The translations under genes and the position numbers were made by a program. A DNA stretch of 63,372 nucleotides, the filler included, from Ionaspis alba (lineage: Eukaryota): assembly GCA_964255285.1 (NCBI GenBank). It is 4 parts of 4 records of this genome, joined end to end, with 100 filler letters (N's around TTAATTAATTAA, not from the genome) between each part and the next. Parts side by side here need not be neighbours in the genome. Positions count along the whole stretch, not along the records: positions 1 to 15,821 come from CAXUUL010000362.1; 3 more parts are not named here. One strand, given 5' to 3'. Below are positions 1 to 12,414 of this stretch, piece after piece (the stretch's first letter is position 1; each line of letters opens with the position of its first letter). Below the pieces are notes generated by a model. That model was not told the origin of the DNA and did not search any database. It saw nothing but the letters and a program-made list of their open reading frames with translations.

Positions 1-361
1 AGCGCCGGAGCTAAATCGTATGCAAACTAGTAGAACAAGGTATATCCACCGCCACCGCCACATTTAGCGCCATGTAGAAGGAACAATTCCGAAAGCAAGA
101 AAGTTCGCTCACTTTTATGTCCAAGCCCGAAGAAGAAGAAAGGTCGCTATTTAGACGTGTGCTGCGTAAGAAAAGTAAAGGCAAAGAAGCCGTATTGTGA
201 GCGGAAGGCCGTGTGCTAGAAAATTTTGGTTGCTGAATCGAGATGTTGCGATTGAATCCTCATGGAGTAAAAAACTGTTGTTGGGCACCGAGCCGCATCA
301 CTGTACCGTAAATCGAGCGACTCCCAGCTCCCAACACCATCGGCAGTCCTCATAAAACCAC

Positions 362-3300
362 TTAAAACATCCCTCCTTTTCCCCCAACAAGAATCTGCTG
401 GTGACTCTGCTGAGCCGGGCCTCGCCCTTCAACTCCCATCATCCTCCCCGAACCGACCTGCCCCTGCCCCTTCGCCTTCCCATTCAAACTAACACCCTCA
501 CTCTCCGTCTTCCTCAACCTCAACCGCCCCTTAAAGCGCCCCTCACTCTCATCCGCCGAGAACGTACTCTGCTCCTCCCCGAACTCAAACGGAGCCGCCA
601 CCACCGAAGGCTGGGATGACGCAAAACCGACATACTCGTTCTTGGGTGCTTTGCCGAAACCAGTTAGAACTTGCTGGGCCGTTATGGTGCGCTTGCGACG
701 AGGGTTGAGAGGCGGAACGGGAGGCGCGGCGGCCCGCACTTCGTCCATGCCGTTGTTGAGACTGGCGCCTGGAGGCAGGTCGACGGTTGTGACGGAGGAG
801 GTGCCCATGAGGAAGAATGGCTCGGAGATGTCGTGTTTGTTGATGCTGCGTTTGCGGGCAGCGTTCACGCGGGTGGTGGATGGGAAGGGGGATGAGGGGA
901 CGGTGATCATTGTTGGGGTGCTGGCGGCGGAGTGGATGTTTGGAGAGATGGGAGAGGCTTGTTCTAGGGGCGGGGTGGTGTGCGCTGCGTAAGGGAGGAT
1001 TGGGGAGGCACGGGGGTTGCGGCCGATGATTTGCGGGGAGGAGAGATTGGAGACGCTGTGCAGGTTGTGAGGAATATGGATGGGTGCGAGGGGTTTGGAG
1101 GCGAAGTAATCTGACGGTGCAGTGCGCGTTGTGGATGGAGAGCGGATACGGCCTGACATGGCGGATTGGGAACGACCTGATGGTGCTGATGATGGGTTTT
1201 GAGGTGTTGCAGAGCGAGACTCCTGACCAGATCCCGGTGCCGAATAGTTGCGAGTCGTCTGAGGCTTGGGGTAGAATCCGTTAGCTGAAGGAACATCGCG
1301 TGCCGGAGACTCCGTTCTTGTCCTGGGAAAGTGTCCATCAGAGTTGAAATTTGAAGCGGATGCTTGAGAACCTGCACGTTCGCGGTAGGATGTCTGCGCT
1401 GCTCGCGATGGTGCTCGCCCAGCTCGCCAGTTAGCTCTCCGCTCAGCACCGATACTTCGATCGCGGAAAGATAGTCCCGAGCCCGCAAGTCCTCGCATAG
1501 TTGTTCCGGGTCCATGCCCTTGCTGAATCTGAGCTCTGATGTGCTCATCGACATATTGATTTCGATGCTCGTCCTTCTCGTTGAAAATAGCCTCCTGAGA
1601 TACTTGTGGGGAGACGCTGTTCGAGTTGGGGCCAGAGTTAATGCCCAACATCTTCATAGCCTTGGATGAATTCTCACCCCTCCCAATCAAAGATCCTCGA
1701 CTGGCCTTCTTGAGCAAGCCGAAGGCACCACCAACCCTTGCGGGACTGTTGTCGTGTGGATGACTTCCAGGCATTGGACTTGACGATCTGCTCTCTGCTT
1801 CTACGAAACTTTTGAGATTGTCCTGGACTCTCCGTCGTCGATCAGCGAGCTCGGTTGCGAAGTCCTCTCGTTCCTTTTGTGTCTCCGTGCTCCCACCACG
1901 AGCATGATGAGACTTAATCTGCTCTTGCCATGAGGCATTTGATGATTCTTGACTGTTACGAGGAGGTGCTTCTTTACCCAGCACCTGCTGTTGTTTGTCT
2001 GCGCCGAAAAGCCCAAGCACCTGCTGAGCTTTGCTAGATCCAGCCTTGAGCTGAGTTGCTTGTTCGAGAATCTGTTTAGCACGAGTAGACAATGGAGCTG
2101 GCATGGAAGGCGGGTCTTCAGCCGGTTCATGGTCGGCGCCTTCGTAACGGCCTCTCTGCCAAGGATCCCCTGCCCCGTCCAGAGAGCTTTTGTTAGACTC
2201 GTCGTGTTCTGGAAACGACTCCTCCCTGTGGGAACTGATCGAGAAGCGTGCATTAGGCGTGGCTGGGTAGATTGACGACTGCCCGCTATCGTTCCGCAGG
2301 TGTGCTCGTATCAACCCATTCAAGCCTGCATCTGGGTTCAAAAACTGATTGGAAGACCCGGTCTCCTCAACGTTTTTGGTCATCGTCGATGTTGAGTGAT
2401 TGTTCTCTAGTGGTTGAGGGTTGGTTCGTTGAAAGGTCGGTTCAGAGATTGGTTCTTCCTCGAGAGACTCCATCGAAGTCTTGCCAAGATGATCGTGCTG
2501 AAAAGCTGGATGCTGATCATCATGGATGTACCGTGCTGGCCGTGACGAAGTGGTTGTCGCCCGAGAGAGACTTTCGTACGGGCTAGACTGCGGATCTGGA
2601 CTTGCACTTCGCTCCATTGGACTATCTTCGTTCTCGCTGCTCCTTCCAGAAAAGAAGGTCCCGTTCTTTTGGTGGATGTCAATAGGCGAGGGCCTGCTTT
2701 TCGCACTTGAGATCTCCGGTGTGACATTGAGGATATGATCATTGATAGGTTGGAGTGGTTGATACGTTCTGAAGGCTTGGTTTGACTGCACGCTAGCCAC
2801 AGAATCATTACGCAGCGGACCGACCCGGTCTTCGTAAGCTTCAGTCCTCGAGGGTCCACGAGGTGGTGGAGTTTCTCGACCCTCTTGAAGCTGAAGTTGT
2901 CGCTGCGCATACTGCTGTTCATTGTATTGCCGCCGTGGTTTAGCAAAAGCGCCTGAAGCAGTTGCTTTCCCTAAATCATTGGGCTCCATGGAGGCTATGA
3001 ATGGTGAAACATTGGAAGCTGGGCTCATAGGCGGGCTGAATTCCGGCGATCGTCCAAATCCAGGTTCATCGTCCCTACTCTTGATGGCAGTTTGCGGCTT
3101 TGCGAGACCAAGGTCAAAGCCGCTTAGACCCGAGGCTACTGGTGCTGCTGCTGGTGCCGCTGCTGGTGCCGCTGCTGGAGGGGATGGGCTTGCAGCACGG
3201 AAGTTGCTGGACGCATACAGAGGGGTTGGTCGCTGGAATCTCTCATTCAGATTTGTGGCACTTCGCGAAGCTTTGGGACCTGGGATGCCGCCAAAGGCTC

Positions 3301-4363
3301 TTTGCCGCTGAATCGAGTCAAGCCGGTGCACTGCGGATGACTGTTGCTCATAAATTTGCTGGTCAAGACCTTGACCATACATTCTCTTGGTCTTTGTTCC
3401 AGCCCTTTCAAGACCGATGGGTAGTGTAGGACTTAGCTTTGCGCTCGACGGTGTGGTGTTCGTATTGACATTGCCGTGAGTGGTGTTGTGGAGAGACGAA
3501 GCACTTTGGGAAGCTACAGAAGTCGCAGCGGTAGAGACTCTAGTGTTGGATGGTATAGAGGTCGTTGACGAAGATGTTTCGCGGTTACGGTTGTAGCCTG
3601 TAAGAGGAGGTGATCCTTGACGATCAGTATCCCTGGATGATCTCTCGGTATATGGTTCGTCGGAGGAGATTGCTTGTCCATAGTGGTCTTGCTTCTCCTT
3701 CTCCCTCAGAGCTTGAAAGGCGGACATGGCGATATCGTCGTCATATACCGCCTTACCCATGCCTTTGCTCGTGGGTTGATGGTCGCCGCTGTCACTGCCT
3801 AGATCCCTAGCCGATGCAGAGCCACTGAGGGGTATCTTGTAGATTTTCTGTCGCCCCCCGAAGAATTTGTTGCCTTGGCCTGGTTTCGATCGACTCATGA
3901 CACTTCCATTTTGAGAAGCGTCGTCGTCGGTGCCATATCCGTCGGCGGAGGAGTATGAGTTTGCCCTCTCGTTAGCAAAGGGAGGTCGTATCGAGTGATC
4001 AAGTGAGGCGACCTCAGCAATGTCAGACAGACCTTCGAGGCCAAAGACATTCATCCTCGAAGCGCGCTTGGGAAAGAGAACACTGTCGTCGTTGGCTTTG
4101 CCAATCTTGGTGTTGGGATTGTCCTGGTCTCTCAACATGCTGAAACGGGCAGAGAGGTTGGGCATGAGGAGACTTGTGCGGAAGTTATCGGACGATGGCA
4201 ATGCGGTCGATAAGTCAAGCTCGACCTTTGGTTCTGGGACAGCCTTCTTCCGCCTGAATGTCCTGGAACGAGAGGATACAGGGGGGACAGAAGGAATGGC
4301 TTCGTTGGATGATCGCACCTCTCCCGCATCCTGCGACTTCTTCCTTGACCGGAAAGGATTCAT
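362..4363 (-). CDS. Large Ser/Pro-rich, probably disordered conserved fungal hypothetical protein (~1333 aa)
   Basis: Uninterrupted ORF 362..4591. The first ATG in the frame (MNPFRSRKK) is at 4363. It has conserved-looking islands (LDLSTALPSSDNFRTSLLMPNLSARFSML, STETQKEREDFATELADRRRRVQDNL, RKRSINKHDISEP) among low-complexity sequence. Confidence 0.8.
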   Translation of the reverse strand: MNPFRSRKKSQDAGEVRSSNEAIPSVPPVSSRSRTFRRKKAVPEPKVELDLSTALPSSDNFRTSLLMPNLSARFSMLRDQDNPNTKIGKANDDSVLFPKRASRMNVFGLEGLSDIAEVASLDHSIRPPFANERANSYSSADGYGTDDDASQNGSVMSRSKPGQGNKFFGGRQKIYKIPLSGSASARDLGSDSGDHQPTSKGMGKAVYDDDIAMSAFQALREKEKQDHYGQAISSDEPYTERSSRDTDRQGSPPLTGYNRNRETSSSTTSIPSNTRVSTAATSVASQSASSLHNTTHGNVNTNTTPSSAKLSPTLPIGLERAGTKTKRMYGQGLDQQIYEQQSSAVHRLDSIQRQRAFGGIPGPKASRSATNLNERFQRPTPLYASSNFRAASPSPPAAAPAAAPAAAPVASGLSGFDLGLAKPQTAIKSRDDEPGFGRSPEFSPPMSPASNVSPFIASMEPNDLGKATASGAFAKPRRQYNEQQYAQRQLQLQEGRETPPPRGPSRTEAYEDRVGPLRNDSVASVQSNQAFRTYQPLQPINDHILNVTPEISSAKSRPSPIDIHQKNGTFFSGRSSENEDSPMERSASPDPQSSPYESLSRATTTSSRPARYIHDDQHPAFQHDHLGKTSMESLEEEPISEPTFQRTNPQPLENNHSTSTMTKNVEETGSSNQFLNPDAGLNGLIRAHLRNDSGQSSIYPATPNARFSISSHREESFPEHDESNKSSLDGAGDPWQRGRYEGADHEPAEDPPSMPAPLSTRAKQILEQATQLKAGSSKAQQVLGLFGADKQQQVLGKEAPPRNSQESSNASWQEQIKSHHARGGSTETQKEREDFATELADRRRRVQDNLKSFVEAESRSSSPMPGSHPHDNSPARVGGAFGLLKKASRGSLIGRGENSSKAMKMLGINSGPNSNSVSPQVSQEAIFNEKDEHRNQYVDEHIRAQIQQGHGPGTTMRGLAGSGLSFRDRSIGAERRANWRAGRAPSRAAQTSYRERAGSQASASNFNSDGHFPRTRTESPARDVPSANGFYPKPQTTRNYSAPGSGQESRSATPQNPSSAPSGRSQSAMSGRIRSPSTTRTAPSDYFASKPLAPIHIPHNLHSVSNLSSPQIIGRNPRASPILPYAAHTTPPLEQASPISPNIHSAASTPTMITVPSSPFPSTTRVNAARKRSINKHDISEPFFLMGTSSVTTVDLPPGASLNNGMDEVRAAAPPVPPLNPRRKRTITAQQVLTGFGKAPKNEYVGFASSQPSVVAAPFEFGEEQSTFSADESEGRFKGRLRLRKTESEGVSLNGKAKGQGQVGSGRMMGVEGRGPAQQSHQQILVGGKGGMF

Positions 4364-6666
4364 ATTGATCGAAGTTGTCTTTGAATGAGTGTTGAAATGA
4401 GTGTGAGGGACACCCAATGTCCCAAAGATAGTGGTGTGCGAATGCACTTGGGGATATGTCGAGATGACTGGTCGAATATATTCCACATGCACAACCACGT
4501 ACGTGTAGGCGGTCTCTCCCACCACCCAGGGTGAAGTAAAGTATGAGCAAACAGATAGCGAGCTAGATCCTCTGGTCCCCGCTCTGCTCACCGAAGTCTG
4601 GCGAGTCCAAGGCTAGTATGACTCTAGGTCGTATGAGTCTATGGTACTTATGGCGGATATTAGATGAAGGCCACCTGTTTCTGGAGTGTCGCTGCAACGA
4701 GATGATCGGTATATCGCGGAAAAGGAGTGAAATCGCGGTTGAGATGCGAAGATGGATATCGAGGCGCATTCAACTGGCGCGGGAAATGCTACCGCGTAAC
4801 GAGTGAATTGAAGGTAATGAGCGGAAGGTCGGAAATTTGACGTGTTGAGAAAGAAGAGCGACAGCCAGCTGCTGCTTGGTTGATGGCAAGAGCAATGGAC
4901 GATTTCTTGCGTATCAACGGTGCTTAGGGAAGCAAGAAGATAACGAGAGTTGGTGGAAAATTGGTGAAAGGGGGCCCAGAAGTGGACGATCTTCCGCTGA
5001 TGGTTGGACTGTCACCGAGCACGCGAACTAGCTAGTAGAAGCCGCAAACCTGGTGGTCGGAGTCAGGAAATCTCGGGCTGAGAAGAGATGAGGGTTCCAA
5101 AGAGGTAAGGAGGTCAAGGCGAGAGGAACCGCTCATTTCGGAAGTGTGACGGTAGTGACGGTAGTAGAAACGGTAGTACGGGAATTATAGTAGTAGTAGG
5201 GTTAAGGTGAAGGAGAAGGAGGGAGAGAATCGGGTTCTTTTAGGATCTCGGTGGCTATCAGGATTTCCGGGAGGTTGTCCCCGTCTTGTCTTCGTTCCTT
5301 TTTGTATCCTTCGATCTCGTCTCTTCCTTTGCAGCTTCTGATGAGGATGAGGAATCGTGTGGTTTAGGGGGGGAGACAGAGAGATGCAGCTTGGGGTGCA
5401 GAAGGGGGAAGGATTTCTGTGGCTTCGATTGACCGGGATGGTGGTTTGTCCGTTGATTGAGCTGACGGGGATCAGGGTTGCGCCGATAGGGGTAACGCGC
5501 TCCTGAAGGTGCGAGGAAGCCAGGGACAGGTATAGAGGAACTTGCTGTACCTTGCTACTGCGCCGGTACGCGATGGAACTAAATCGTTCCAGTTCCCCTC
5601 TGTCGCGTGGAACTGGTACGCGGGCGACAAATAATCGTGTTAGCCGGTTGATGAAATTAATCCGTAATATGCCCACAATCACATCATCGTTGTGGTTCTT
5701 ATTCCTTTTTTGATTTGATTAATTGCCATCTATTTTACTTTTCGCACCAGCTTCTTCTTTCATCAACTGCTTCTTCGATTCATGACTACTAGCGAGGCAG
5801 TCTGGCAAGCAAATGCAACAAGTAACACGATGCACGGTGGATACGTGGCTTCCATCACGAGCTGAGCTGTGCTGCGACACCATCCTCCCCGTTGCACATT
5901 GGATTATCGTGGCCTTCTACCAGTCAGCATACACCAAAGCCGTTGTGCGACGATGACATGGTCGCATCGCCATCACCACCGTATCCATCAACCACATGTG
6001 TCACACAGCATATCGGCTTTTGCACCGTGTGTCCTGCGTTCTACTCGTGATTCGTGGGTGTCCGGTCTGTCAAGGGCGGAGACGCTGGACCAGTGCGATG
6101 AGGCTTGCAGGTGGTGGCCAAGCCGAAGCCGATATCGACAAGAAAAGGCAAAATGGTGCGGAGCACACAGACACACCAGTTCATCTACTCGCCCATCATT
6201 CCAGCATTCAAAGACCCTCCGTGATTGGCTCATCCTCCCATCCTCCCACTCTGAGACGTAGTGCCAGCGGGGGGCAGCTGCCGGTTGCCCCTGAAGATGT
6301 GGGATGATGCCTGTCCCCGTCAAGGGGGTGGGTCGAGATCTCTTTTTCAAGGGGCCTGGATTCTTATTATTATCGTTGAGGAATTACAACATGTTAGGCG
6401 GTAAGAGGCACAGTTGATCATCTTCGTATGCGTAGACGTTTGTTCACGTTGTCTCAACTGTCCAACATCATCATCTTTGGCGCGTTAGCTGCACCGTTGA
6501 AACTGTTAATGATAACTGCACAGAGGTACTCACTGTACTTGCAGACGTCGACGCCAAGCTCTAACCGACTGCAGGACCGTGGCACCGACCTCCCTCAAGC
6601 CGATCCCGCCAATTTGGGGCACGAACTTCGGCACTGCAGAAGTCAAGACAAAACGTCGAAACTCAA

Positions 6667-6766
6667 NNNNNNNNNNNNNNNNNNNNNNNNNNNNNNNNNN
6701 NNNNNNNNNNNNNNNNNNNNNNNNNNNNNNNNNNNNNNNNNNNNNNNNNNNNNNNNNNNNNNNNNN
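6667..6766. other. Assembly gap (100 N)
   Basis: Run of exactly 100 N with no linker sequence. Confidence 0.99.
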
Positions 6767-7125
6767 CCACAATAACTACCCGGTGATATTACTCTGCATA
6801 AAGCATATGCACCATGAGCAATAACTGTTCTTGAGCATTCTGATCCACCATGTCATCATGTCTGCAGGATTGCTTCTGAGTATAGTTATGGCTTTCTTGA
6901 TGGCTACGGGACTAGGCAATCCGCCCTTGCCGAGACACAAATATGGGAAACCGTGCGCTATCCACGGCCAAAATCATGAAGAGCCAAAACCACTCTCGTT
7001 GGGCTTTGGTAACGGGGACTATCATACCCGAATCGTCCTGCACAGACTTCCTTTCATACAGCCCGGTTACGTTCTTGGAACCAGTCGTGTATCTCCTCCG
7101 CCTCCAATGACAATTCCCTGACATC

Positions 7126-8225
7126 CTATCGCGCAAAGCTCGTCTCGCTCAATGCATCAGCCTGAATCTTCCAGACCGAACGTGCCAGCTCAATCAGCCT
7201 TTCCCCAAACAGGTCCAGCATACCCCGAACCAGCTTCTCGTCCTCCAACAGTTCAGACTCTCCCATCCCCTGATCTCCTCCAAAGGTAGCACGCCACTAA
7301 GCCGTTTCCCATGCCTCCACTGCCTGAACGGCTACTTCGAAAGCCGGCTGCACATTCTTGGCCACCAGATAGAACGACCCTCTAGTTGCGTGCTTGACAG
7401 CAGGCTTGAACAACTCGATGCTTGTAAATTGGCTGAACTGATAGAGGAGTCGAATAGAAATCCACATGTTGGGTTTGTGCAAGAGAATGACGAGCGCTCC
7501 ACCCTTGGCGATGCGTTGAAAGGCCAGTATCAGCTGCGAGACTGTAAACCGAAGTGCTTCTTTGCCTTCACAATGAGCCCCTCTCTCCTGCGTTCGCAGG
7601 ACCTGTCCATCACAAAAGACAAGGTGGAACGTCTGTCCGTCCGATGTACGGACGATCCGTGAGGAAGCTGGCTGCATCAGGATGTGTCTCAGGTATATCA
7701 TTGACTTCAAACTCCGTGGCTAGCATGGTGATGTCTAGAAAGAACACCTTGATCTGCCCTGGATGTCGGTTTTTGATAAGCATGCGATGGCCGCTTTGCT
7801 CTTTGGGAAGACTGATACCACGCACTGTGCCCCTCGGGTTGATTTTGAGTGCACATAATGAGTAGCCTCCTGGAGCCGTGCACAGGTCGAGGATTCCCAT
7901 CGATCCGTCGAATGCGAGTGGAAAGCTCAGTGCTTCCCTATCTCTCTGTAGCTCATTCCCGATCTCCCGCATCATCATGTACAGTACCCTCTATCTTTTC
8001 TATTGTACCAGTCTACTCGCTGTCGTCGCTTTCTGGGTTGGCCCACCCCTAGAATATTTTTAGTAATTCAGCTTTTCGCCTTTGAGGTTAAGAGTCAATC
8101 ACCTTGTCTCTCAGCTCTGCAAGTCTTGCGAAGACTGATTCGTGTTTCAAGATATATTCTTTGACCATCTTGTTAGGAAGCTGGTTCTCAATTTTTTCAC
8201 TGCTTGCTCGCCCTGCAGAAGTCAT
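7126..8225 (-). pseudogene. Disrupted FtsJ/RrmJ-like SAM-dependent methyltransferase
   Basis: ATG 8225, intron 8049-8102. Motifs: LDLCTAPGGYS, LVFCDGQVLRT, GGALVILLHK, SFYLVAKNV and a C-terminal FGERLIELARSVWKIQADAL ending at TAG 7126. Lesions: in-frame stop/indels near 8000-8030, a 4-bp duplication frameshift (TCCG TCCG, 7636-7643), and a premature TAG at 7297-7299. Confidence 0.8.
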
Positions 8226-9833
8226 CTTGTTTGCAGAGATGGCTTATAGAAGAGTAAGCACTGCTTACAGTGGATCTTCAACCGATGGACTGTTGTCGCT
8301 ACCCTCTTACGCGTTTTAGTATTACTATCAAGAGGCTTGGCTGCGTGCCACCTTGTTCATTCAAGGAATGGGCTCAGCTATGAAGTGACAAGATTTTGTT
8401 TCACTCACTTACAAACCGTAATGTCTCACTAGAGCACTCGTCTTTAGGCTCGATCTTGTTTATGTTCGACGAGCTTGCACCGCACCAGTGGAATTCTTCC
8501 TTTGAACGATTCTCGGTGGGTCGAGCAGATCATAGTTCATCAATTCTGCGACGGAAAGCTGTATGTTGATTCACGGGCTCCTTGATATTCTATCTTCACA
8601 CATAGCCAATACTTTTGCTCGTGCAGACCATCAGTCGAGACCTTCGCTTCTATGCTGCGAACTATAAGTAACGAACGTTACCCACCACGTACGCTCGACC
8701 ACTCATAGACACCGACCAAAGCATCCTATCCGACTTCCATGACCATGTCCAGATGCTTGCCGTGCCACCCATCCTATGAGACCACTCTTCTCTCTGGCCA
8801 GACCAAGGTTTCGGCATCGCACCGCATCAGTACCTATAGCCTCTGCTGAACAATTTATGAACAACACTCAGCAGATCTTTGACTGTCCTCGTGTCGCAGC
8901 TCTGGCCCAGCCTCAACGATAATGTTCCTCGTATTAACCAGCATCGAAGTGCACAAAATGCTCGTGTGATACATAGTAACGAAAGAAGCTGCGCTTGTGC
9001 CTACTGTCTAATCCTCACGGTCCGAATCTTTTGTATCAGTTCGCATTCTCTTCGGCCAAGGTAATGCCACATGCCATGGCCATTTTCAAAGGAACTCGAC
9101 TTGGAACACTTCAAAATACTCACTAACAAGCTGTGGTGATGACTCACCTTTGAAAGGCTAATTTTTCCTGTTCGGGGTGTTCAAGCAGAGGTATCAAATG
9201 GAGCGTAGTTAAAGAAAACATCTCTCCAGGCCGCTATTCTCGGAACTATAGTGCTCTATCAACACTGAAATACGAATTTGAATGTGGCCAAATGCGTCAT
9301 AGCTTGTTGGAAATGACCTGGATGTGTATGCCCAGGTAGAATATTATTCAACGATTGCTCTGCATTTTCAGGATATGCAACGTTTTCGAGTTGAGACAAG
9401 CGGGAAAATGGTCAATGTCCAAGACAGAAGTAGATCATAGTAGCAGCGTCGAGCCCTGCGCACTATTGAAGAGGCTTGATCACGTGGTATTTCGAATTGT
9501 ACCTGTCTACTTTTCTGTAACCATATGGCAGATGTGAGACAATGAAAATGATATTTCTGCATCCTTCGATATCAAGATGGTATGTATACTGAGGAGGGGG
9601 CCCGCCCGCGGCAGGAGTCCTCATACACGACAAGAGTCATGTGACATATTTGAAAGGGGTAAACAGAGATAGAATAATGCGAGTTATACTGTAGCCTTAA
9701 CTAGCGATATGGTAAAAGTGCCCTGAATTTTGCACTGTTTGCATTGATCATGAATTAGCTGGCCATTGGCGACTGCCCCCACAACTACGAATAGCTTCTA
9801 GCGCGAAGTGCGTAGAGCTCTTCTATTACTATC

Positions 9834-11629
9834 ATGAAAGACGTCAAAGCCTTCTTGTTGCTCACAGCAGCACCATGGCTTGTGGCCGCCGCGGAGAGTC
9901 CTCGGCCCCGTGGCGTCGGACCTGACTGTAAGGCAATTCCAATGGATCCAATTTTCTGAAATACTAATACCATGATCAGTCGCCAAATTCTACAAGGACA
10001 AATCAACTTTCACGTGTATCTCGAACCCTTCTATCAAGATTTCTGCTTCTCGCGTGAACGACGACTACTGCGATTGCCCCGATGGCTCCGACGAGCCCGG
10101 AACATCAGCCTGCTCCTATTTATCCCCTCTCTCACCTTCCTCACCAAGTGACATCTCAATCGACGATGTGAATACTACACTGGCGCTGCCGGGCTTCTAT
10201 TGCAAGAACAAAGGTCATCAACCCAGCTACGCGCCTTTCCTGAGCATAAATGATGGCATATGCGACTACGATGTCTGCTGTGACGGCAGCGATGAGTGGG
10301 ACCATGTCGGTGGAGTCAGCTGCCCAGACAAATGCAAGGAGATTGGCAAGGAGTGGCGGAAGAAGGACGAGCAGCGGCAGAAATCGATGGGGACGGCCTT
10401 GAAAAGGAGGAAAGAGCTAGTTATTGAGGCGAGCCGGCTGCGGAAAGAGGTTGAGGACATGATAGCGGACATGGAAGTGAAGTTGAAGGCAGATGAGATC
10501 AAAGTTGCAGAGTCGGAGCGGGAACTACAAGAGGTCGAGCGGAGGGAAAGGGGTAAGGTTGTCAAAGGCCCTGGGAAAGGGAACAAAGTGACTGTGCTAG
10601 CTGGGCTGGCCAAAGAGCGAATCGAAGAGCTGCGGGACTCGCTGGTCTCTGTCCGGGCTCAACGAGATTCAGAGAGGCAGAAGATCAAGGAGCTGGAAAC
10701 GCTCCTGACGACCTTCAAGGAAGAGTACAACCCCAATTTCAACGACGAAGGTGTCAAGCGGGCTGTTCGCAGCTGGGAGGACTATGTCGCTCGAGAGAAA
10801 CCCACGGAAGACTCGGCGTTAGAACGGGATCTGGATGAGATATGCAAGCCGGACAGCGAGACTGAAGGGATCAACTGGAAGGAATGGGAGGGCACGGACG
10901 AGAGCGAAAGCGATGTTGCATTGCGTAAGTATTCTTCGGTTCTGTCCGCTCTTCTGTATACTAATCGATTGATCCAAAGTCTACTCATTCGAAGCCTACC
11001 TCCCTCCTAGCCTGCGCAGCTGGCTAGACAGCAAGCTTCGCGACCTCCGCATCCTCCTCGTGGATAACGGAATACTGGCGCCCTCGACTTCCTCTTCTAC
11101 TGAATCGGCTGCGGTGACGACCGCGCGGTCCGCTCTGCAAGCGGCCAAGGACGGTCTCGTAGGCACAAAGGCGTCTCTGACCTCACACAGAGAAGACTTC
11201 GAAAAAGACTACGGTCAGGACGATATCTTCCGCGCCTTGAAAGGAAAGTGCTTGTCCAAGGATAGCGGGGAGTACACTTACGAGATCTGTTGGCTTGGAC
11301 GAACCAGCCAGAAATCGAAGAAAGGCGGGTCGGATACCAGCTTGGGAAACTTCGCGAGATTCGATACCGTGACTGTGGACGAAGAAATTCCAGCTGATGG
11401 CAGGGGTTTGGGAAGTGGGGAGAGGGTTACTTTGAAGTATGAGGGCGGCCAAGGCTGCTGGAACGGGCCTGCGAGGAGTACGGTTGTTGTGTTGGGATGT
11501 GCGGACAAGGAGGAGATATGGAAGGTGGTGGAAGCGGAGAAGTGTGTCTATTGGATGGAAGTGGGGACGGTGGCTGTGTGCGGGAATGGGGGGATGAACG
11601 AGAAGGGCGCTGTGAAGGATGAATTGTAG
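9834..11629 (+). CDS. GTB1: Glucosidase II beta subunit (PRKCSH/Gtb1)
   Basis: Signal peptide MKDVKAFLLLTAAPWLVAA, NDDYCDCPDGSDEPGTSAC, INDGICDYDVCCDGSDEW, MRH domain (GQGCWNGPARS) and C-terminal KDEL. Introns 9928-9979 and 10925-10979 keep the frame. Confidence 0.95.
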
Positions 11630-12414
11630 CTGAGAACTAGGATATTGGCCTGTAGTATAGGCAGAGGCACAGCGCGGATATCTATCTGTATTCATACTTT
11701 TTTCACACGGGACGCATCGCCAAAGAATCAAACCCAGCTCCGTCAAGATTCCAGATTCTGACAAGATCACAACTGTCATCCATTCCTTGGGTTTGCCGGC
11801 TCCTCGTCTCAACCTGCCGACTTCCTTTGCTCTCCATGATCATCCTGTTTTCTCCCGTTGCTCCTGAAGCTCCCTTGTGTTTGGCCAGAAGTTGAATAAC
11901 AGGCTGGGCAAGGCCTCCGCTTGACTGAGCCGGGCATCCCCCTCTCATAGGGCCCGTTAAGCCTCCCCCCAACCACAAGCTGCAACAAGGGTCCTCTTCC
12001 TTCTTACGGGCCGCTATTTCGTTCCGCAACTGACGTCTCAATCGTAGCCCTATCTTTAACTTCTGGCTTGGTGACTTAGGTAGGCCAACACGGTCGATCA
12101 AAGAAACGACATGTATAATATAGCATGGGATCTCGAGCTTCCGGTAGAAGTTACTAAGTTACCTTCTTGCTGTGACTATGTCAAATACCCTGTTCATCTA
12201 CCCGTTTCCCGTAAAGCATTGCCTCGAAGATTTGTCACCCCTACCTTGGCAATATAACCCAATGTCAAATACCCTCAAATCACGTGCCACAGCCACAACA
12301 GTGCGTGAAGCAACTCCGATATAATTATTCAACACGACCGCATCTTTTCCCATAAGCAGAGAGAAGCATTCCAACCATTGTAACGTCCAACGAAAGCTGC
12401 CAGGGCAAGTTGTG

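Noticed and set aside
3140..3178. 12-bp tandem repeat encoding PAAAPAAAPAAAP
   Set aside because: It is an ordinary coding minisatellite in a disordered region.
401..4550. Numerous antisense and alternate-frame ORFs overlapping long genes, here and throughout the window
   Set aside because: They are shadow ORFs with no recognisable motifs, expected at ~50% GC.
11703..12101. 132-aa minus-strand ORF with an ankyrin-like fragment (VIQLLAKHKGA)
   Set aside because: It has a non-ATG start, one short resemblance and no TPLH motif.
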